Positions 9,021 through 20,543 are shown, counted from the stretch's first letter. The stretch is DNA of 56,084 nt from Clostridiales bacterium (GCA_003537755.1 DPQS01000008.1:11704-67787), one strand, 5' to 3'. The notes: generated by a model not told the origin, from the sequence alone. Numbers and translations: made by a program.

Positions 9021-11180
9021 ATGAAAAAAGGAAGAGTAACAATACCTACCGACGAAAACTTTGTCGAAGGCACAAAAAAGATTGCCGAACTGTGGGGCGC
9101 AGACGCCGTGCGCGATTGTGACGGTACCCGACTGCCCGACAACGCAGCCGACCTTGCCGAAAAAGTGTACAACACCTATTTTATCGTTCGCGGCGACAAC
9201 GAGTGGGGACGGGCGCATCCCGAGGAAGCCCATCGCACGTTCTTGTTGTCGGAGAGGGTGACGGCATTCGGTAACGAAGTGACCGTCGATCCGATGGCAG
9301 ACTACTTTGCCGAGCAGATTTGCCCCGACGTAGAACAAGTGAAGCGTTGGCAGGTTTACGACCGTACAGTAGAGACGATACACACCGATTGGGTGCTTAA
9401 CGACGACAATACGGTGACGATACGTAACGCAACGCCCTACCACGAGTACACGGTAACTTTTATGGCGCGTTTGATTTGGCACCCCGTACAAATATACAAT
9501 TACCTTACCAACAATTGGACTTGCGAAAAGCAGTTGATGTACGATCCGTCCTATCCGTGTACGAAAGGATATATTACTAAGTTCATGCAAGACTGGTGCG
9601 ACGCTCACCCCGAAACAAACGTTGTGCGTTTTACCACGTTTTTGTACCAATTTACGTTGATATTCAACAAGCAAGGCAAGGAAAAGTACGTCGATTGGTT
9701 CGGTTATACTTTGGCGGCTTCCCCTGTATTGTTAGATGAGTTTAGAGCGGAATACGGTTACGAATTGACAGCTGAAGACATTGTAGACGGCGGTTGTTAC
9801 AACAATCCGTTTCGCGTGCCTACCAAAAAGTTTTTGGACTACATGGATTTTGTTTGTCGCAAAGTTACGGAAACGGTACGTAAACTTACCGACATAGTAC
9901 ATGCAAACGGAAAGCAAGCAATGATGTTTCTCGGCGACGATTGGATCGGCGCCGAGCCATACGGAAAATACTTTGCCGATATGAATCTCGACGCGGTTGT
10001 AGGCAGCATAGGCGGAGGAGTTACCGAACGCATGCTTGCCGAGATACCGTCGGTCAAATATCGCGAGGGGCGTTTCTTGCCGTATTTCTTTCCCGATACG
10101 TTTTTTGACGGAAACGAGGACTGTGCAGTTGCCGAACTTGACAAAAATTGGATTACGGCACGTAGAGCTATGTTGCGTTGTCCGCTGGACAGGATGGGTT
10201 TCGGCGGTTACTTGTCGCTTGCCGCCAAGTTTCCGAAATTTGTCAGTCGCGTGGTGGAGCTTTGCGATGAGTTTCGCACAATTTGCGACGCGGCAGGTAA
10301 GCAAAAACCTTTTGCCGCAATTACCGTTGCCGTACTCAATTGTTGGGGCTCTTTGCGCAGTTGGCAAAGTCACATGGTTGCGCACGAGTTGTGGTACCAA
10401 CAAATATATTCCTATCAGGGCGTGTTGGAAAGTCTGTCGGGACAAGCGGTCAATGTAAAATTTATTTCTTTCGACGACGTAGTGAACGGTATCGACGAAA
10501 GTATCGATGTTATTGTCAACGTCGGTGCGGAAAATACCGCATATAGCGGCGGTAAGGAATGGGACAATCCCGTTGTGGCGGAAACAATCCGCAAATGGGT
10601 TGCCGACGGTCACGGCTTTGTCGGTATAGGCGAACCGACCGCATACCAAAAGGACGGACGTTGTTTCGTGCTTGCCGATGTATTGGGCGTAGATAAGGAA
10701 AAAGGGTTTACGCTAAGTGTCGACAAGTATAATATAGAAATTAAGCCGAGTATCATTACACAAGACGTAAAAGGCGAAATCGACTACGGCGAAGATACTA
10801 AAAACATTTATGCTCTTGACGGAACAAGCGTTGCGGATATAACTTTGTCCGACCGTTTTTCGCGCAATGTGAACATCGGAGAGGTAAAAATCGCCTCCAA
10901 TGACTACGGCAAAGGGCGAGGAGTTTATATTGCGGGCTTACCGTACAGCGCACAAAACGCAAGATTGCTTTATCGAGCATTGTATTTTGCGGCGCACAAG
11001 GAAAAGGATATGTACAGAGCGTTTAGTTCCAATCCTCTTACCGAATGCACGTATTATCCCGAAAGCGGCAAATATGCAATCGTCAATAATTCCGACAGCG
11101 AGCAAACAACCGTGTTCTACGATGTCGACGGAGTAAGTAGGCAACTTGTCGTACCGTCGGCAAGTATACTGTGGCTGTAA
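9021..11180 (+). CDS. 1,3-beta-galactosyl-N-acetylhexosamine phosphorylase (galacto-/lacto-N-biose phosphorylase, GH112)
   Basis: The N-terminus MKKGRVTIPTDENFVEGTKKIAELWGADAVRDCDGT and the 719-aa length match my recollection of GH112 LNBP/GnpA proteins. FLGDDWIGAEPYG and RFLPYFFPDTFF blocks are present. Confidence 0.8.
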   Translation: MKKGRVTIPTDENFVEGTKKIAELWGADAVRDCDGTRLPDNAADLAEKVYNTYFIVRGDNEWGRAHPEEAHRTFLLSERVTAFGNEVTVDPMADYFAEQICPDVEQVKRWQVYDRTVETIHTDWVLNDDNTVTIRNATPYHEYTVTFMARLIWHPVQIYNYLTNNWTCEKQLMYDPSYPCTKGYITKFMQDWCDAHPETNVVRFTTFLYQFTLIFNKQGKEKYVDWFGYTLAASPVLLDEFRAEYGYELTAEDIVDGGCYNNPFRVPTKKFLDYMDFVCRKVTETVRKLTDIVHANGKQAMMFLGDDWIGAEPYGKYFADMNLDAVVGSIGGGVTERMLAEIPSVKYREGRFLPYFFPDTFFDGNEDCAVAELDKNWITARRAMLRCPLDRMGFGGYLSLAAKFPKFVSRVVELCDEFRTICDAAGKQKPFAAITVAVLNCWGSLRSWQSHMVAHELWYQQIYSYQGVLESLSGQAVNVKFISFDDVVNGIDESIDVIVNVGAENTAYSGGKEWDNPVVAETIRKWVADGHGFVGIGEPTAYQKDGRCFVLADVLGVDKEKGFTLSVDKYNIEIKPSIITQDVKGEIDYGEDTKNIYALDGTSVADITLSDRFSRNVNIGEVKIASNDYGKGRGVYIAGLPYSAQNARLLYRALYFAAHKEKDMYRAFSSNPLTECTYYPESGKYAIVNNSDSEQTTVFYDVDGVSRQLVVPSASILWL

Positions 11181-11289
11181 TTCGTAAGAAGTATATGTTG
11201 CAGTTTACGCTATTTAACAAGCGAAAGTGACACAAATGAGGGTACAAGTAGTATCCTGTTCCTATTAGGTAAACGGGGAGGTTTTTCAA

Positions 11290-12219
11290 TTGAAATTTAA
11301 TAATGTCGACAACCCGAAACGCAAAAAGATTTTTCGCAGACGATTTTTCATCTTCTGCTTTTTGGCGTTTCCGGTGATTAACTTCCTTATCTTTTACGTG
11401 TACGTCAACTTCGACGCGTTCTTCATGGCTTTTCAACGCCCCGTGACGGGACAAGGATTCGGCGCGACGGTGTGGAGTATGGAAAACTTCAAAACGATAT
11501 TTCGCCTGCTGAGTTTTTCCGAAGACGGCATATTGTGGCAAGCGTTTCTCAATACGGTGTTGTTCTTCCTCGCCGGTATGTTGGTGGGGCTTCCGTTGTC
11601 CATATTGATGAGTTACTTTATCTACAAAAAGATACAAGGTTACAAACTGTTTCGATTTGTCACGTATCTACCCAACATTATTACCAGTTCGGCATTGGTA
11701 ATATTGTTCAAAAACGCCGTCGGTCCCGGTGGTCCGATAGATGCGATCATCACCCAAGCGGGTGGCGAATACATTGATCCGTTGACGGTAAACGAAACGG
11801 CGATTTGGATGATAATCTTCTACTCTGTCAGCTTTGGATTCGGCACAAACCTGATTGTACTAAACGGCGCAATGAGCGGCATCAACAAGGAAATGTTGGA
11901 GGCTGCCGAAATAGATGGTTGCAATTGGTTTAAGGAATTGATTTATATCATTATTCCTTCGGTATGGCCGACAATCAGTACGATAGTGGTACTTGCAACG
12001 GCAGGATTTCTCGGAGCGACGGGACCTATACTTGCCTTTACCAAGGGTACAAACGGCACAATGACTTTGGCTTTTTACATTTACCAACTTGTCAGCGGCG
12101 CAGGTACGGGACAACAGGACGTGTATCTTGCTTCGGCTGTCGGAGTAATCATGACGGTGATTTCCTTCCCGTTGGCATTACTTGTACGTAAGCTGGTGTA
12201 CGGAAAGGAGGAGGCGTAG
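11290..12219 (+). CDS. sugar ABC transporter permease (LplB/YteP type)
   Basis: TTG start follows a GGGGAGG SD. Six TM segments are visible. The EAA loop reads LEAAEIDGCNWFKELIYIIIPSVWP. Confidence 0.8.
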   Translation: MKFNNVDNPKRKKIFRRRFFIFCFLAFPVINFLIFYVYVNFDAFFMAFQRPVTGQGFGATVWSMENFKTIFRLLSFSEDGILWQAFLNTVLFFLAGMLVGLPLSILMSYFIYKKIQGYKLFRFVTYLPNIITSSALVILFKNAVGPGGPIDAIITQAGGEYIDPLTVNETAIWMIIFYSVSFGFGTNLIVLNGAMSGINKEMLEAAEIDGCNWFKELIYIIIPSVWPTISTIVVLATAGFLGATGPILAFTKGTNGTMTLAFYIYQLVSGAGTGQQDVYLASAVGVIMTVISFPLALLVRKLVYGKEEA

Positions 12220-12220
12220 T

Positions 12221-13120
12221 ATGATTAACGCAAATCTGACTCTTTCAAAAAGAAAAAAGTCCGTGTCACGTAACGTCGTATTTACAATAGCTTTTGTACT
12301 GTTGCTGTTGTACACGCTGTACGTATTGTTTTTCTTCGTTTTTGCGTTTGTGTGCGCAACTAAAACGGACAACAGTCGGTACACGCAGGACAAAATAAAC
12401 GACAGACTGTTTAGTTTCGACGGTGGATTTAATCTAAAAAATTTCATTACGGCGTTTGACCAGTTGGAAACGGTCGTGCAAGACTGTTCCTTCGGCAATA
12501 TGTTGTGGAATTCCGTTTGGCGTACCGTCACAAGCTCGGTGCTGTCCATTATGGCAAGTAGCATGGTGTGCTACATTTTGGTGTTTTACCGAAGCAAAAT
12601 GACAAAGTTCGTTTACAACCTCGGTTTGTTTGTGTCGGTTTTACCTGTGTACGGTTCGGCAGGCTCGTCCTACCGATTGTTGTACAACTTGGGACTAATC
12701 AACAATCCGCTAAACATGTTTTTGAGTGTTACGCTGTACGGCGGTTACTTCTTTTACATGTACGCGTTTTTCAAATCGCTCAGTTGGGAGTACGCCGAGG
12801 CTGCATTCGTAGACGGTGCAGGGCACTTTGCGGTGTTTTTCAAAATCATGTTTCCAATGGCGCTTCCGAGCGTGTCGGCGTTGTTTATCATGTCATTTAT
12901 CGCCGGCTGGAACGATTACGAAAGTACCTTGCTACATATGAACAAGTACCCGAATCTTGCCTACGGCGTGTACGCATTCAGCGAAAACCAAAAATACGTG
13001 GCAAATATGCCGGGATTGTTCGCAGGTGTGTTGATTACGCTGATACCCGTGTTGATACTGTTTTTCATATTCCAAAATACGATTATGGAAAAGGTGCATT
13101 TAGGCGGATTGAAAGGATAG
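12221..13120 (+). CDS. sugar ABC transporter permease (LplC/YtcP type)
   Basis: ATG lies 2 nt after the upstream stop and is preceded by GGAGGAGG. The EAA loop reads EYAEAAFVDGAGHFAVFFKIMFPMALP. Confidence 0.8.
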   Translation: MINANLTLSKRKKSVSRNVVFTIAFVLLLLYTLYVLFFFVFAFVCATKTDNSRYTQDKINDRLFSFDGGFNLKNFITAFDQLETVVQDCSFGNMLWNSVWRTVTSSVLSIMASSMVCYILVFYRSKMTKFVYNLGLFVSVLPVYGSAGSSYRLLYNLGLINNPLNMFLSVTLYGGYFFYMYAFFKSLSWEYAEAAFVDGAGHFAVFFKIMFPMALPSVSALFIMSFIAGWNDYESTLLHMNKYPNLAYGVYAFSENQKYVANMPGLFAGVLITLIPVLILFFIFQNTIMEKVHLGGLKG

Positions 13121-13198
13121 ACTGTAACTAAAAATCGCATACGTATCAAAAAAATTGTAACAAAAACAAAGTATTTTTGCTCTTTGGGAGGACTTATT

Positions 13199-14779
13199 AT
13201 GAAGAAGATCGTAGCAATAACGGCGTTGTTGCTTGTGGCGGTACTCGCTCTCGGTTCATTTGCCGCATGTGACCAAAAACCCGACGAAAACACTCTTACT
13301 ATCGAAGCGGTCAATCTCGGTTTCGGCTTGGATTGGTTGTATGCATTAGGGAATGCTTACTCTGCCAAGCATCCGGAGATTAAAGTAGACATCCAGCCCT
13401 TTGTGGGACAAGTCGGCAACGACACGATTAACGGTCACAGCGAGGCGACGGCGGGTTACACCGATATTTTCGTGTTTCGTCCTACAAATTACCATTTCAA
13501 CGCTTACCAAGGTGCGGTCAATACGTCCAAGGGTAAAATCGATTGTCTTTACGCCGATCTTACCGACATTTACACTTCCCCGTACGAAGACGGCTCTACA
13601 ATGAAAAGTAAAATGGATGCCAAGGTGGCGAAGTTCCTCCAAGTAAACGGCAAGTACTACGGCGTAAACTGGGTGGATGACTTTATGGGTATTGTTCGCA
13701 ACAAAGACGCTTGGACGAAACTCGGTTTGACGGACAATGACATTCCCGTGACTACCGACGAGATGTTTTCGTTGTGTGACAAAATTCTTGCCAAAAACCA
13801 AGGTATAGCTCCCTTTATTTACAGCAAAACGGAGGAGTACTACACATCGATTTGGGACATTTGGATGGCTCAATACGAGGGTGAGGAGAAAATGGGCTAT
13901 TTTATTCGCGGTCTCAATCCAATGGGTGAAGCCGACGAAAATTTGTACAGTTTTACAGGTCAAAAAATCGCGTTGGATATGGTAAATAGACTACTTGAAA
14001 AAAACAACAAAAAGTACAAATACCAACACGAAAACAGCGATTCTCTGACATTCACCGACATGCAAAGTTATTTCCTCGAAGGGCAAGCGGCGCTGTGCGT
14101 CAACGGCAGTTGGTTGGAAATAGAAATGAACAAGAGTTTGGCCGGCAAGAAAAACTACAACATAGATTACATCCGTATGCCTGTCGTCAGCGATTTGATT
14201 AAGATCCCCGTTGTCAAAGACGGCGGCGTCAATACCGACGAAAAACTTGCCGAAGTAATCCGCTACGTCGACGCTACGGACAGCGGTGACCAATCGGCAG
14301 TTAAGCCCGAAGGCGTAAGCGAGGAAGCTATTGCTCGTGTACGTGAGGCAAGACATTTTTCCTACACGCGCGGCGGAACCGATCACACGATGGTTGTTGC
14401 CGGCTGGTCGGAAAAAATCGCTTCGGCAAAAGATTTTATCAAATTTATGTATTCCGACGAAGGAATGAAGGTGTACTACAATGCACAGGGCGGCATGACT
14501 TTGCCCGCCAAACTTACAAGTGGCAATTACGACGCATTGCAACTTAGTACATTTACGCAATCGGTAGTGGACGCCATGAAATCGGCGTACTACTCCGAAT
14601 TGTGCTTTGCAAAATCCGCCAAAGTTTATTGTTTGGGCGGTGTAAGTTTCAACTTTACCAACGGCAGCGGTAATTTCGTCAACGAAATGCTTGCGGGTAA
14701 GACCCCCGATACGATCATCAACGCTAACAAAACATATCTCAAACAAAACTGGACGACGATTGCCAACAAGTGTAAGTAA
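13199..14779 (+). CDS. extracellular solute-binding lipoprotein of the ABC importer (large LplA/YtcQ type)
   Basis: Signal peptide with lipobox (MKKIVAITALLLVAVLALGSFAAC). At ~526 aa it has the usual large size of this SBP subclass. Confidence 0.75.
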   Translation: MKKIVAITALLLVAVLALGSFAACDQKPDENTLTIEAVNLGFGLDWLYALGNAYSAKHPEIKVDIQPFVGQVGNDTINGHSEATAGYTDIFVFRPTNYHFNAYQGAVNTSKGKIDCLYADLTDIYTSPYEDGSTMKSKMDAKVAKFLQVNGKYYGVNWVDDFMGIVRNKDAWTKLGLTDNDIPVTTDEMFSLCDKILAKNQGIAPFIYSKTEEYYTSIWDIWMAQYEGEEKMGYFIRGLNPMGEADENLYSFTGQKIALDMVNRLLEKNNKKYKYQHENSDSLTFTDMQSYFLEGQAALCVNGSWLEIEMNKSLAGKKNYNIDYIRMPVVSDLIKIPVVKDGGVNTDEKLAEVIRYVDATDSGDQSAVKPEGVSEEAIARVREARHFSYTRGGTDHTMVVAGWSEKIASAKDFIKFMYSDEGMKVYYNAQGGMTLPAKLTSGNYDALQLSTFTQSVVDAMKSAYYSELCFAKSAKVYCLGGVSFNFTNGSGNFVNEMLAGKTPDTIINANKTYLKQNWTTIANKCK

Positions 14780-14835
14780 GGCATACGTAAGCGAGGCGTG
14801 CCGCGGCAGGGCGTTTCAACAGTGAGGATTTATCA

Positions 14836-17256
14836 ATGAAAAATAAAGTTTTTGCCATTTTGGCGGTAGTTGTATTATGCTTGGGCGCGCTTTGCGCATG
14901 CGTGCCGAAGGACGACCGAGTACCGTACGAAGTGTGGAGTACTTACAACACCGTGAAAGTAATCGGGCAAACTTACAAAAACGACACTTATGACAAACTT
15001 TCGCCTAATTTAAGCGTGCAAATGATGCGTGGTGAGTACGAGGGCGCGCAACTGATTGTCACGTTCAACAAGGGAAGTGGCAAGGTTACGCTGACCAAGG
15101 GCGAATTATCCGACGAAAAAGGCAATAAAATCCCCGACGAAGCAGTGTCGGTGTACAGACAGATGTACACGCAAATCGACCGCAACTACAACGGAGGAAC
15201 AACCTTTGTCGCGGGAGATAAAATCCCCGATATGCTTTTACCGGAGGAAACCGCGGTTACTTACGGCAAGGACGGCTACACAGCGGACACAAACCAAGCG
15301 TTTACGGTGGAAATTTGCTCGGACAATCTCGCAAGCGGTGTGTACAGCGGCAACTTTGTACTGACGGTGGACGGCGAACAAACGCTTGTACCCGTTTCCG
15401 TTACGGTGTGGGACATCAAACTTGACGGCAAAAGCGAATTTATGTCGAGTTTCCTCATCTACCGCGAATATATGGCTTACGGCGAGTACCGCAACGACAA
15501 GCAAATTACCGACAATTACGTGGAGTTTTTGACGAGATACAACGTGGATAGTTACGTCGTGCGTGACAACCACGAAGCCGAGCGTTTTAGCGAAAGCCTA
15601 CAAAATTACGTCGACAACAAACGGGTAACGAGCATTGTAATTCCCGTGGATTTTCAACTGAATTACGTTGCAAGCAAGGGAAATGTGCAGTTTGACGAAG
15701 CATTGAGATATATTACCGAACTTGCCTTGGCAAGTACCGACGACAATTGTCTTGTCGAACACGCCTATTTTTACCCGTCAACCTACGACGAGGCGGACAT
15801 TTTCCCCGAGCGCGTTGCTAAATCAAAAGAGTTTTTCGCCGAAGGCGGATTGTATTTTCAAACTCTCGACGCGGCAGTGGAAATGCTTCAAAACAACGAA
15901 ACTTACATGCAAAAGTCGGAGACTCTGCGTGTTCGCGTCGAACAAGCGATACGCAATATACCTGCAGTGTTTACCAATGTAAAATACGTTGCCGAGTGGG
16001 TGTCCGACTTAACCGACGCAACCTTTTGCCCTTACGTGAGTGTATTTGACAATTACGCTACGCTACAACGCTACCAGGATCAATCGGCAGGCGTCAACGG
16101 CAATTTGTGGACATACACTTGCAACGCCACAAACTATCCCTATCCTACCTTGGATATCGACGACGTAACACTCGGTATACGCGTAAACGGTTGGTTTAAC
16201 AAAGCCTACGGTATCAACGGATATTTGTATTGGTCGGTAAACAAGTATCACTCCAACTTTGAAGATCGTCCCAATGCGCATGTCAATCCATACGACGACG
16301 CCTATCGAGGCGGACATAGTAACGGTGACGGTTGGTTGTTGTACCCGGGCACATATTACGACAGCGAATATCCATTTGCCACACTTCGCTTGACGGCTTA
16401 CCGTGACGGTGTAGATGACTACAATATGCTGACCGTTTACCAACGTAAGATAGACCGACTTGCTCAGAAATACGGAGTGGATGTCAATTTTTCTGACTAC
16501 GTAAACGACCTTTACGACGGCTTGTTTAAAGGTACGGTGGTGTACGAAAATGCAGACAAATTACTGTACGACGCTCGCGAGACGCTGGCGCAACGTATAC
16601 TTGCGCTTAACAACTCCGACAACTTGCTTGTTTCGAGTATTCGGCAAGACGACAAAACAACGATGAACGTTTATTCTACGGCAACTAACGTCAAGATTGA
16701 CGGTAAAAATGTCGTTGGTACCGCTTGCGGCGAAGGTTACTTGTACACCGCAAGTTGCGGAAAGGAAAAGCATACGTTTGAAATTGACACGGGTGTACGC
16801 AAAGTAAACTACGACGTGGCTGCGCACGTTACGTTACTAAGTACTTCGGCAAAACTTTCCGAAGGCAGTAATTACGACAAGGCAACGAACGTATTTACGA
16901 TAAAGTCGATTGACGGCGAACTGAAAGACTTGTATCGTCCGTATATAAGACTTGCTGTAGACAACGTAAAGCGCGCAACCAAAATGTACTTTAATTACGC
17001 AAACTTCTCCGATGAGGAAACGGAAATTCGCATACGTATTAAAAATTCCGACGGAACAAACGTCGAAGTAAGCACCAATTACTGCGCAGGAAACTCTTCA
17101 CGAAAAGTGGAAATCACCCTTGCCGACGATATAGATTGGAGTATTGCGGCCTACGTGGAAATCAGTTTCGACAACGTTGTGTTGCATGACGGCGAGTACG
17201 TGCTTGCACCCGACCGACATATTACGCTGTCCGACCTGTGGTTGGACGTGATGTAG
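14836..17256 (+). CDS. DUF4091 / GH123-like glycoside hydrolase lipoprotein
   Basis: Lipobox LGALCAC. Blocks GEYEGAQLIV, YLYWSVNKY, GDGWLLYPG and LRLTAYRDGVDDYNML resemble DUF4091 (the GH123 catalytic region). Confidence 0.55.
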   Translation: MKNKVFAILAVVVLCLGALCACVPKDDRVPYEVWSTYNTVKVIGQTYKNDTYDKLSPNLSVQMMRGEYEGAQLIVTFNKGSGKVTLTKGELSDEKGNKIPDEAVSVYRQMYTQIDRNYNGGTTFVAGDKIPDMLLPEETAVTYGKDGYTADTNQAFTVEICSDNLASGVYSGNFVLTVDGEQTLVPVSVTVWDIKLDGKSEFMSSFLIYREYMAYGEYRNDKQITDNYVEFLTRYNVDSYVVRDNHEAERFSESLQNYVDNKRVTSIVIPVDFQLNYVASKGNVQFDEALRYITELALASTDDNCLVEHAYFYPSTYDEADIFPERVAKSKEFFAEGGLYFQTLDAAVEMLQNNETYMQKSETLRVRVEQAIRNIPAVFTNVKYVAEWVSDLTDATFCPYVSVFDNYATLQRYQDQSAGVNGNLWTYTCNATNYPYPTLDIDDVTLGIRVNGWFNKAYGINGYLYWSVNKYHSNFEDRPNAHVNPYDDAYRGGHSNGDGWLLYPGTYYDSEYPFATLRLTAYRDGVDDYNMLTVYQRKIDRLAQKYGVDVNFSDYVNDLYDGLFKGTVVYENADKLLYDARETLAQRILALNNSDNLLVSSIRQDDKTTMNVYSTATNVKIDGKNVVGTACGEGYLYTASCGKEKHTFEIDTGVRKVNYDVAAHVTLLSTSAKLSEGSNYDKATNVFTIKSIDGELKDLYRPYIRLAVDNVKRATKMYFNYANFSDEETEIRIRIKNSDGTNVEVSTNYCAGNSSRKVEITLADDIDWSIAAYVEISFDNVVLHDGEYVLAPDRHITLSDLWLDVM

Positions 17257-17266
17257 GAGGTGCGAA

Positions 17267-20200
17267 ATGAACAAGAAAAATAACATTGTTTGCGCTTTAA
17301 TTGTGTTGGTATTTGTCGTAACGTGCTTGACGTTTGCGGCATGCGACAAAAAAGACGACAACATTGTACCTCCTGCTCCTGCCGATCCTACTCTGATTAC
17401 GAGTTTTGAAAACGTGGACGATTTATATGCTCTTACGGCAATAGAAATTGCGCCGAACGACGAGTACAAATTGGGCGTCAACTCCGACAAAAACCATGTC
17501 AGCGACGGCGAAGCAAGCCTTCGTTACACCTTTGCGTCGGGCGGCTCGCATCTGTTTTGTCAGTATATTGCCGACAGTCATTTGTCGGACTTGGACGTAA
17601 CAAAGTTAAGCGCCGTTTCATTGGACTTTTTCAATACGTCGGACACGGAACAAATCGTAACTTTGTCTGTTACTACAAGCAGCGGAGCGGCATTGTTCAG
17701 CAAGCAACAAAGTCTGTCGCCCAATGCTAAAACTACCGTCGTTTACGATGAGTTGGGATCGTTTTCGTACAAGAGAAAAGCAAACGTAGCAGGATTTTCC
17801 TTCCGTTTTGATGTGGAAAGCCCTGTTACGATATATGTGGATAACATGCGCGTAACTCTCGGTGCAAGCGATGTTCCGCCGGAGGACTTCAACGCATTCA
17901 CCGAAGGCATAGTAAACGTGCCGGAACAGCCCGTGACAACGGAAACTCTCGATCAAAACATTGCGTTTTTGGATGCCGTTGGCTATGCTCGACAACTTTA
18001 CGACGGGCTTGTCGACAAAACCACGGCAAAAGCTGCCAACGTTCAGCTGCTCAAAAAATATGAAACATTGGCAAACGGTTATGCCGCACTGTACACGCCG
18101 CGTAACGACACCGACATTGTCGACAAATGGGAGTACGGCGTAGGGCTTACCGTCGGTACGGATGTAGACAAAGATTACGGAGCAATGTGGTCAATTGTTG
18201 TCAACGCTAAGCGCGACGGAGAACAAAGTCTCCGATTTACCGACGTAAGCGTGGACGGATTCGGCGAAGCCGTGATGTACGTATACAATCCTACGGAATA
18301 CCAATTGCAATACAGTCTAAGCGGCGGATGGCAATCCTTCGGCGCCGAGCGCGGAAAGTTGTCGCAAGGCGAGTGGAACAAAATATCTTTCAACGCAAGT
18401 CTTGTCGAAAACGATACCGTCGGTTCGTTGTTTATGATTGTGTCTCGTATGGAAAACGGCGTGCGTATGCCCTTTGACGGAGTGTTCGGTTTCAGCGCAA
18501 TCTACGGCGTACCTGCAAGTATTGTGGCAAAACCGATAATTGACGAAATAGCCACGTTGCCCGTTGTAGAGGAAATCGGTTTGACAAACAAAGCCGAAGT
18601 CGGTACCGTTCGCGCGCATTACGACAATTTGTCGAGATCTGCCAAGGCGGCGGTTACTAATTACAAAAAATTGTCCGAAGCGGAAAATAAAATAGCCGAT
18701 ATCGAGGCACAAACTCTGGACGACAAAATAAGCGTACTTGTAGCAACCGAAGTAACGCAAGCCAATGCGGCGGTTTGTTTCGACAAAACCGTCGAGTTGT
18801 ACAACGAGTACCGCGCGTTAAGCAACCTTGCATACGGTAAAGTGACAAAAATAGGGGAGCTAAACACATTTAAAAAATATCTTGACGGCTATCTTCCTAC
18901 GATTGTCAAGGATATGACGGACAATTTGCCGTCGGCGGATCTTGCCGACTTCCCGAAGGTTGTCGACAAGCTAAATCAAATATTGCAACTATTCGATTTG
19001 TTGGACGAAGAGGATCGACAAAACATCGACGTCGACAAATTGGCAAAGTACAAATCGATGGCTTCCGATTACGCTTTGTTGTACGATTTTACCGACGACA
19101 ATCTCGGTAAGATAAGTATTACTACCGACTTCGGCAATGCTTGGCAAGGGACAATGACTACGCAAACGGACGTCGACTACGGCAATGTGCTTGTTTGCGA
19201 TGTTAAAGGCGGTCATGCGGGCGATTTTTCTCGTAATGCCGAGTTCCGAGTTCGTGACACTTCCGTCAAGACGGCAAAGTACGAAAAGATAGTATTTTAC
19301 GTCTACTGCCCGATTGATCAGGCGATGTTCAGGTGCTATCCGTCAAACTGGAAAAATCCTTACGACGTTAAACTGTCGGCAAATGCGTGGAACAAAATCG
19401 AAGTCGACGCGTCGTTGTTTGTCGACGGAACGCTGGACGGAATGTTTTTCCTGTTTATTTCCAAGGAGGGTACGCAACCTGTCGGAGTGTGGAAGGTTTC
19501 CGATTTCTTCGGATATGTCGACAGGGAAACTACAAACAAACTTGTCAGTGGTTTCGTCGACGTTGTAAACGCTTTACCCGAAACAGCCCAACTTACCCTT
19601 GCCGACGAAGCAATGGTAAACCAAGCAACGGAATTGTACCGACAATTCAAGCCTTATTGCATCAATTACATTTCGCAAGCGGTACTTAACAAATATAAAC
19701 GCGCCGTGGATAAACTGGCGGAACTTAAACAAGCGAGTGTATTAGACAAGCTTACCTCGATGGTAAACGATTTGACGGAAAATTCCGGCGGGGAAGAAGT
19801 GTATGCGGCATTGTACTATTACACGTCCCTATCCAAGGCACTACAAAAGCAGGTTGACGAAGCTGTCGTAAGTAAACTAATCAATATGGTGGAAACCTCC
19901 GGAGTAAAGTTTGCCGCCGCGTTGGATGCCGACGTGCGAAATTTTGGCGCAAATTACGATTTTCCGAGGCAACTGTCCAAACTCAAAGTTCTGTCGGATA
20001 TTATCAACGGCTTATCCGACGAAGTATATGCTTTGCTGTCGACGGAAACTTCGACTACCATTTCGGCTCTTAACAAAATAGGTAAAAAATATGCCGTTGT
20101 CGCAAACGTAGGCGGCGATGTTGTTGTCGACGAACAATACGGCAATGCTTATCGATTGACCGTCAAACCCGAAGCACCCGAACAAAATAACTTGCTTACC

Positions 20201-20479
20201 CTTGCTAAGGGAACGGCAAGCGGCAAAAACATAGTATTCTACGTGTATCGTCCCGACGCCGCAAGCGATGCTTTTTTGTACTTTGCAGGACAAAACAACG
20301 TGTGGACGTCCACGGACAAAACGTCGGTGACAATTTCTGCCGACGGTTGGACAAGAGTGGAATTTGCGGCAGAGGACGTTGTAAATGCCGATTGGACAAC
20401 ATATTGGTATATTTATCTCAAAGACAAGAATGTTTCGGAAGAAAGTGGTTGGCTGATAAGTGACATTTACGCCTATTAA
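17267..20479 (+). CDS. 1070-aa surface lipoprotein of unknown family (beta-sandwich-like modules separated by helical linkers)
   Basis: Lipobox LTFAAC after a GGAGG SD. Recurrent modules occur, such as EAVMYVYNPTEYQLQY...W...EWNKISF and KNIVFYVYRPDAAS...GWTRVEF. No catalytic motif recognised. Confidence 0.65.
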   Translation: MNKKNNIVCALIVLVFVVTCLTFAACDKKDDNIVPPAPADPTLITSFENVDDLYALTAIEIAPNDEYKLGVNSDKNHVSDGEASLRYTFASGGSHLFCQYIADSHLSDLDVTKLSAVSLDFFNTSDTEQIVTLSVTTSSGAALFSKQQSLSPNAKTTVVYDELGSFSYKRKANVAGFSFRFDVESPVTIYVDNMRVTLGASDVPPEDFNAFTEGIVNVPEQPVTTETLDQNIAFLDAVGYARQLYDGLVDKTTAKAANVQLLKKYETLANGYAALYTPRNDTDIVDKWEYGVGLTVGTDVDKDYGAMWSIVVNAKRDGEQSLRFTDVSVDGFGEAVMYVYNPTEYQLQYSLSGGWQSFGAERGKLSQGEWNKISFNASLVENDTVGSLFMIVSRMENGVRMPFDGVFGFSAIYGVPASIVAKPIIDEIATLPVVEEIGLTNKAEVGTVRAHYDNLSRSAKAAVTNYKKLSEAENKIADIEAQTLDDKISVLVATEVTQANAAVCFDKTVELYNEYRALSNLAYGKVTKIGELNTFKKYLDGYLPTIVKDMTDNLPSADLADFPKVVDKLNQILQLFDLLDEEDRQNIDVDKLAKYKSMASDYALLYDFTDDNLGKISITTDFGNAWQGTMTTQTDVDYGNVLVCDVKGGHAGDFSRNAEFRVRDTSVKTAKYEKIVFYVYCPIDQAMFRCYPSNWKNPYDVKLSANAWNKIEVDASLFVDGTLDGMFFLFISKEGTQPVGVWKVSDFFGYVDRETTNKLVSGFVDVVNALPETAQLTLADEAMVNQATELYRQFKPYCINYISQAVLNKYKRAVDKLAELKQASVLDKLTSMVNDLTENSGGEEVYAALYYYTSLSKALQKQVDEAVVSKLINMVETSGVKFAAALDADVRNFGANYDFPRQLSKLKVLSDIINGLSDEVYALLSTETSTTISALNKIGKKYAVVANVGGDVVVDEQYGNAYRLTVKPEAPEQNNLLTLAKGTASGKNIVFYVYRPDAASDAFLYFAGQNNVWTSTDKTSVTISADGWTRVEFAAEDVVNADWTTYWYIYLKDKNVSEESGWLISDIYAY

Positions 20480-20543
20480 AACGTGCTTTATGTAGCGTTG
20501 TACTACTGAAAATCTACAACAAATAAAAACAAGGAGAAATGCT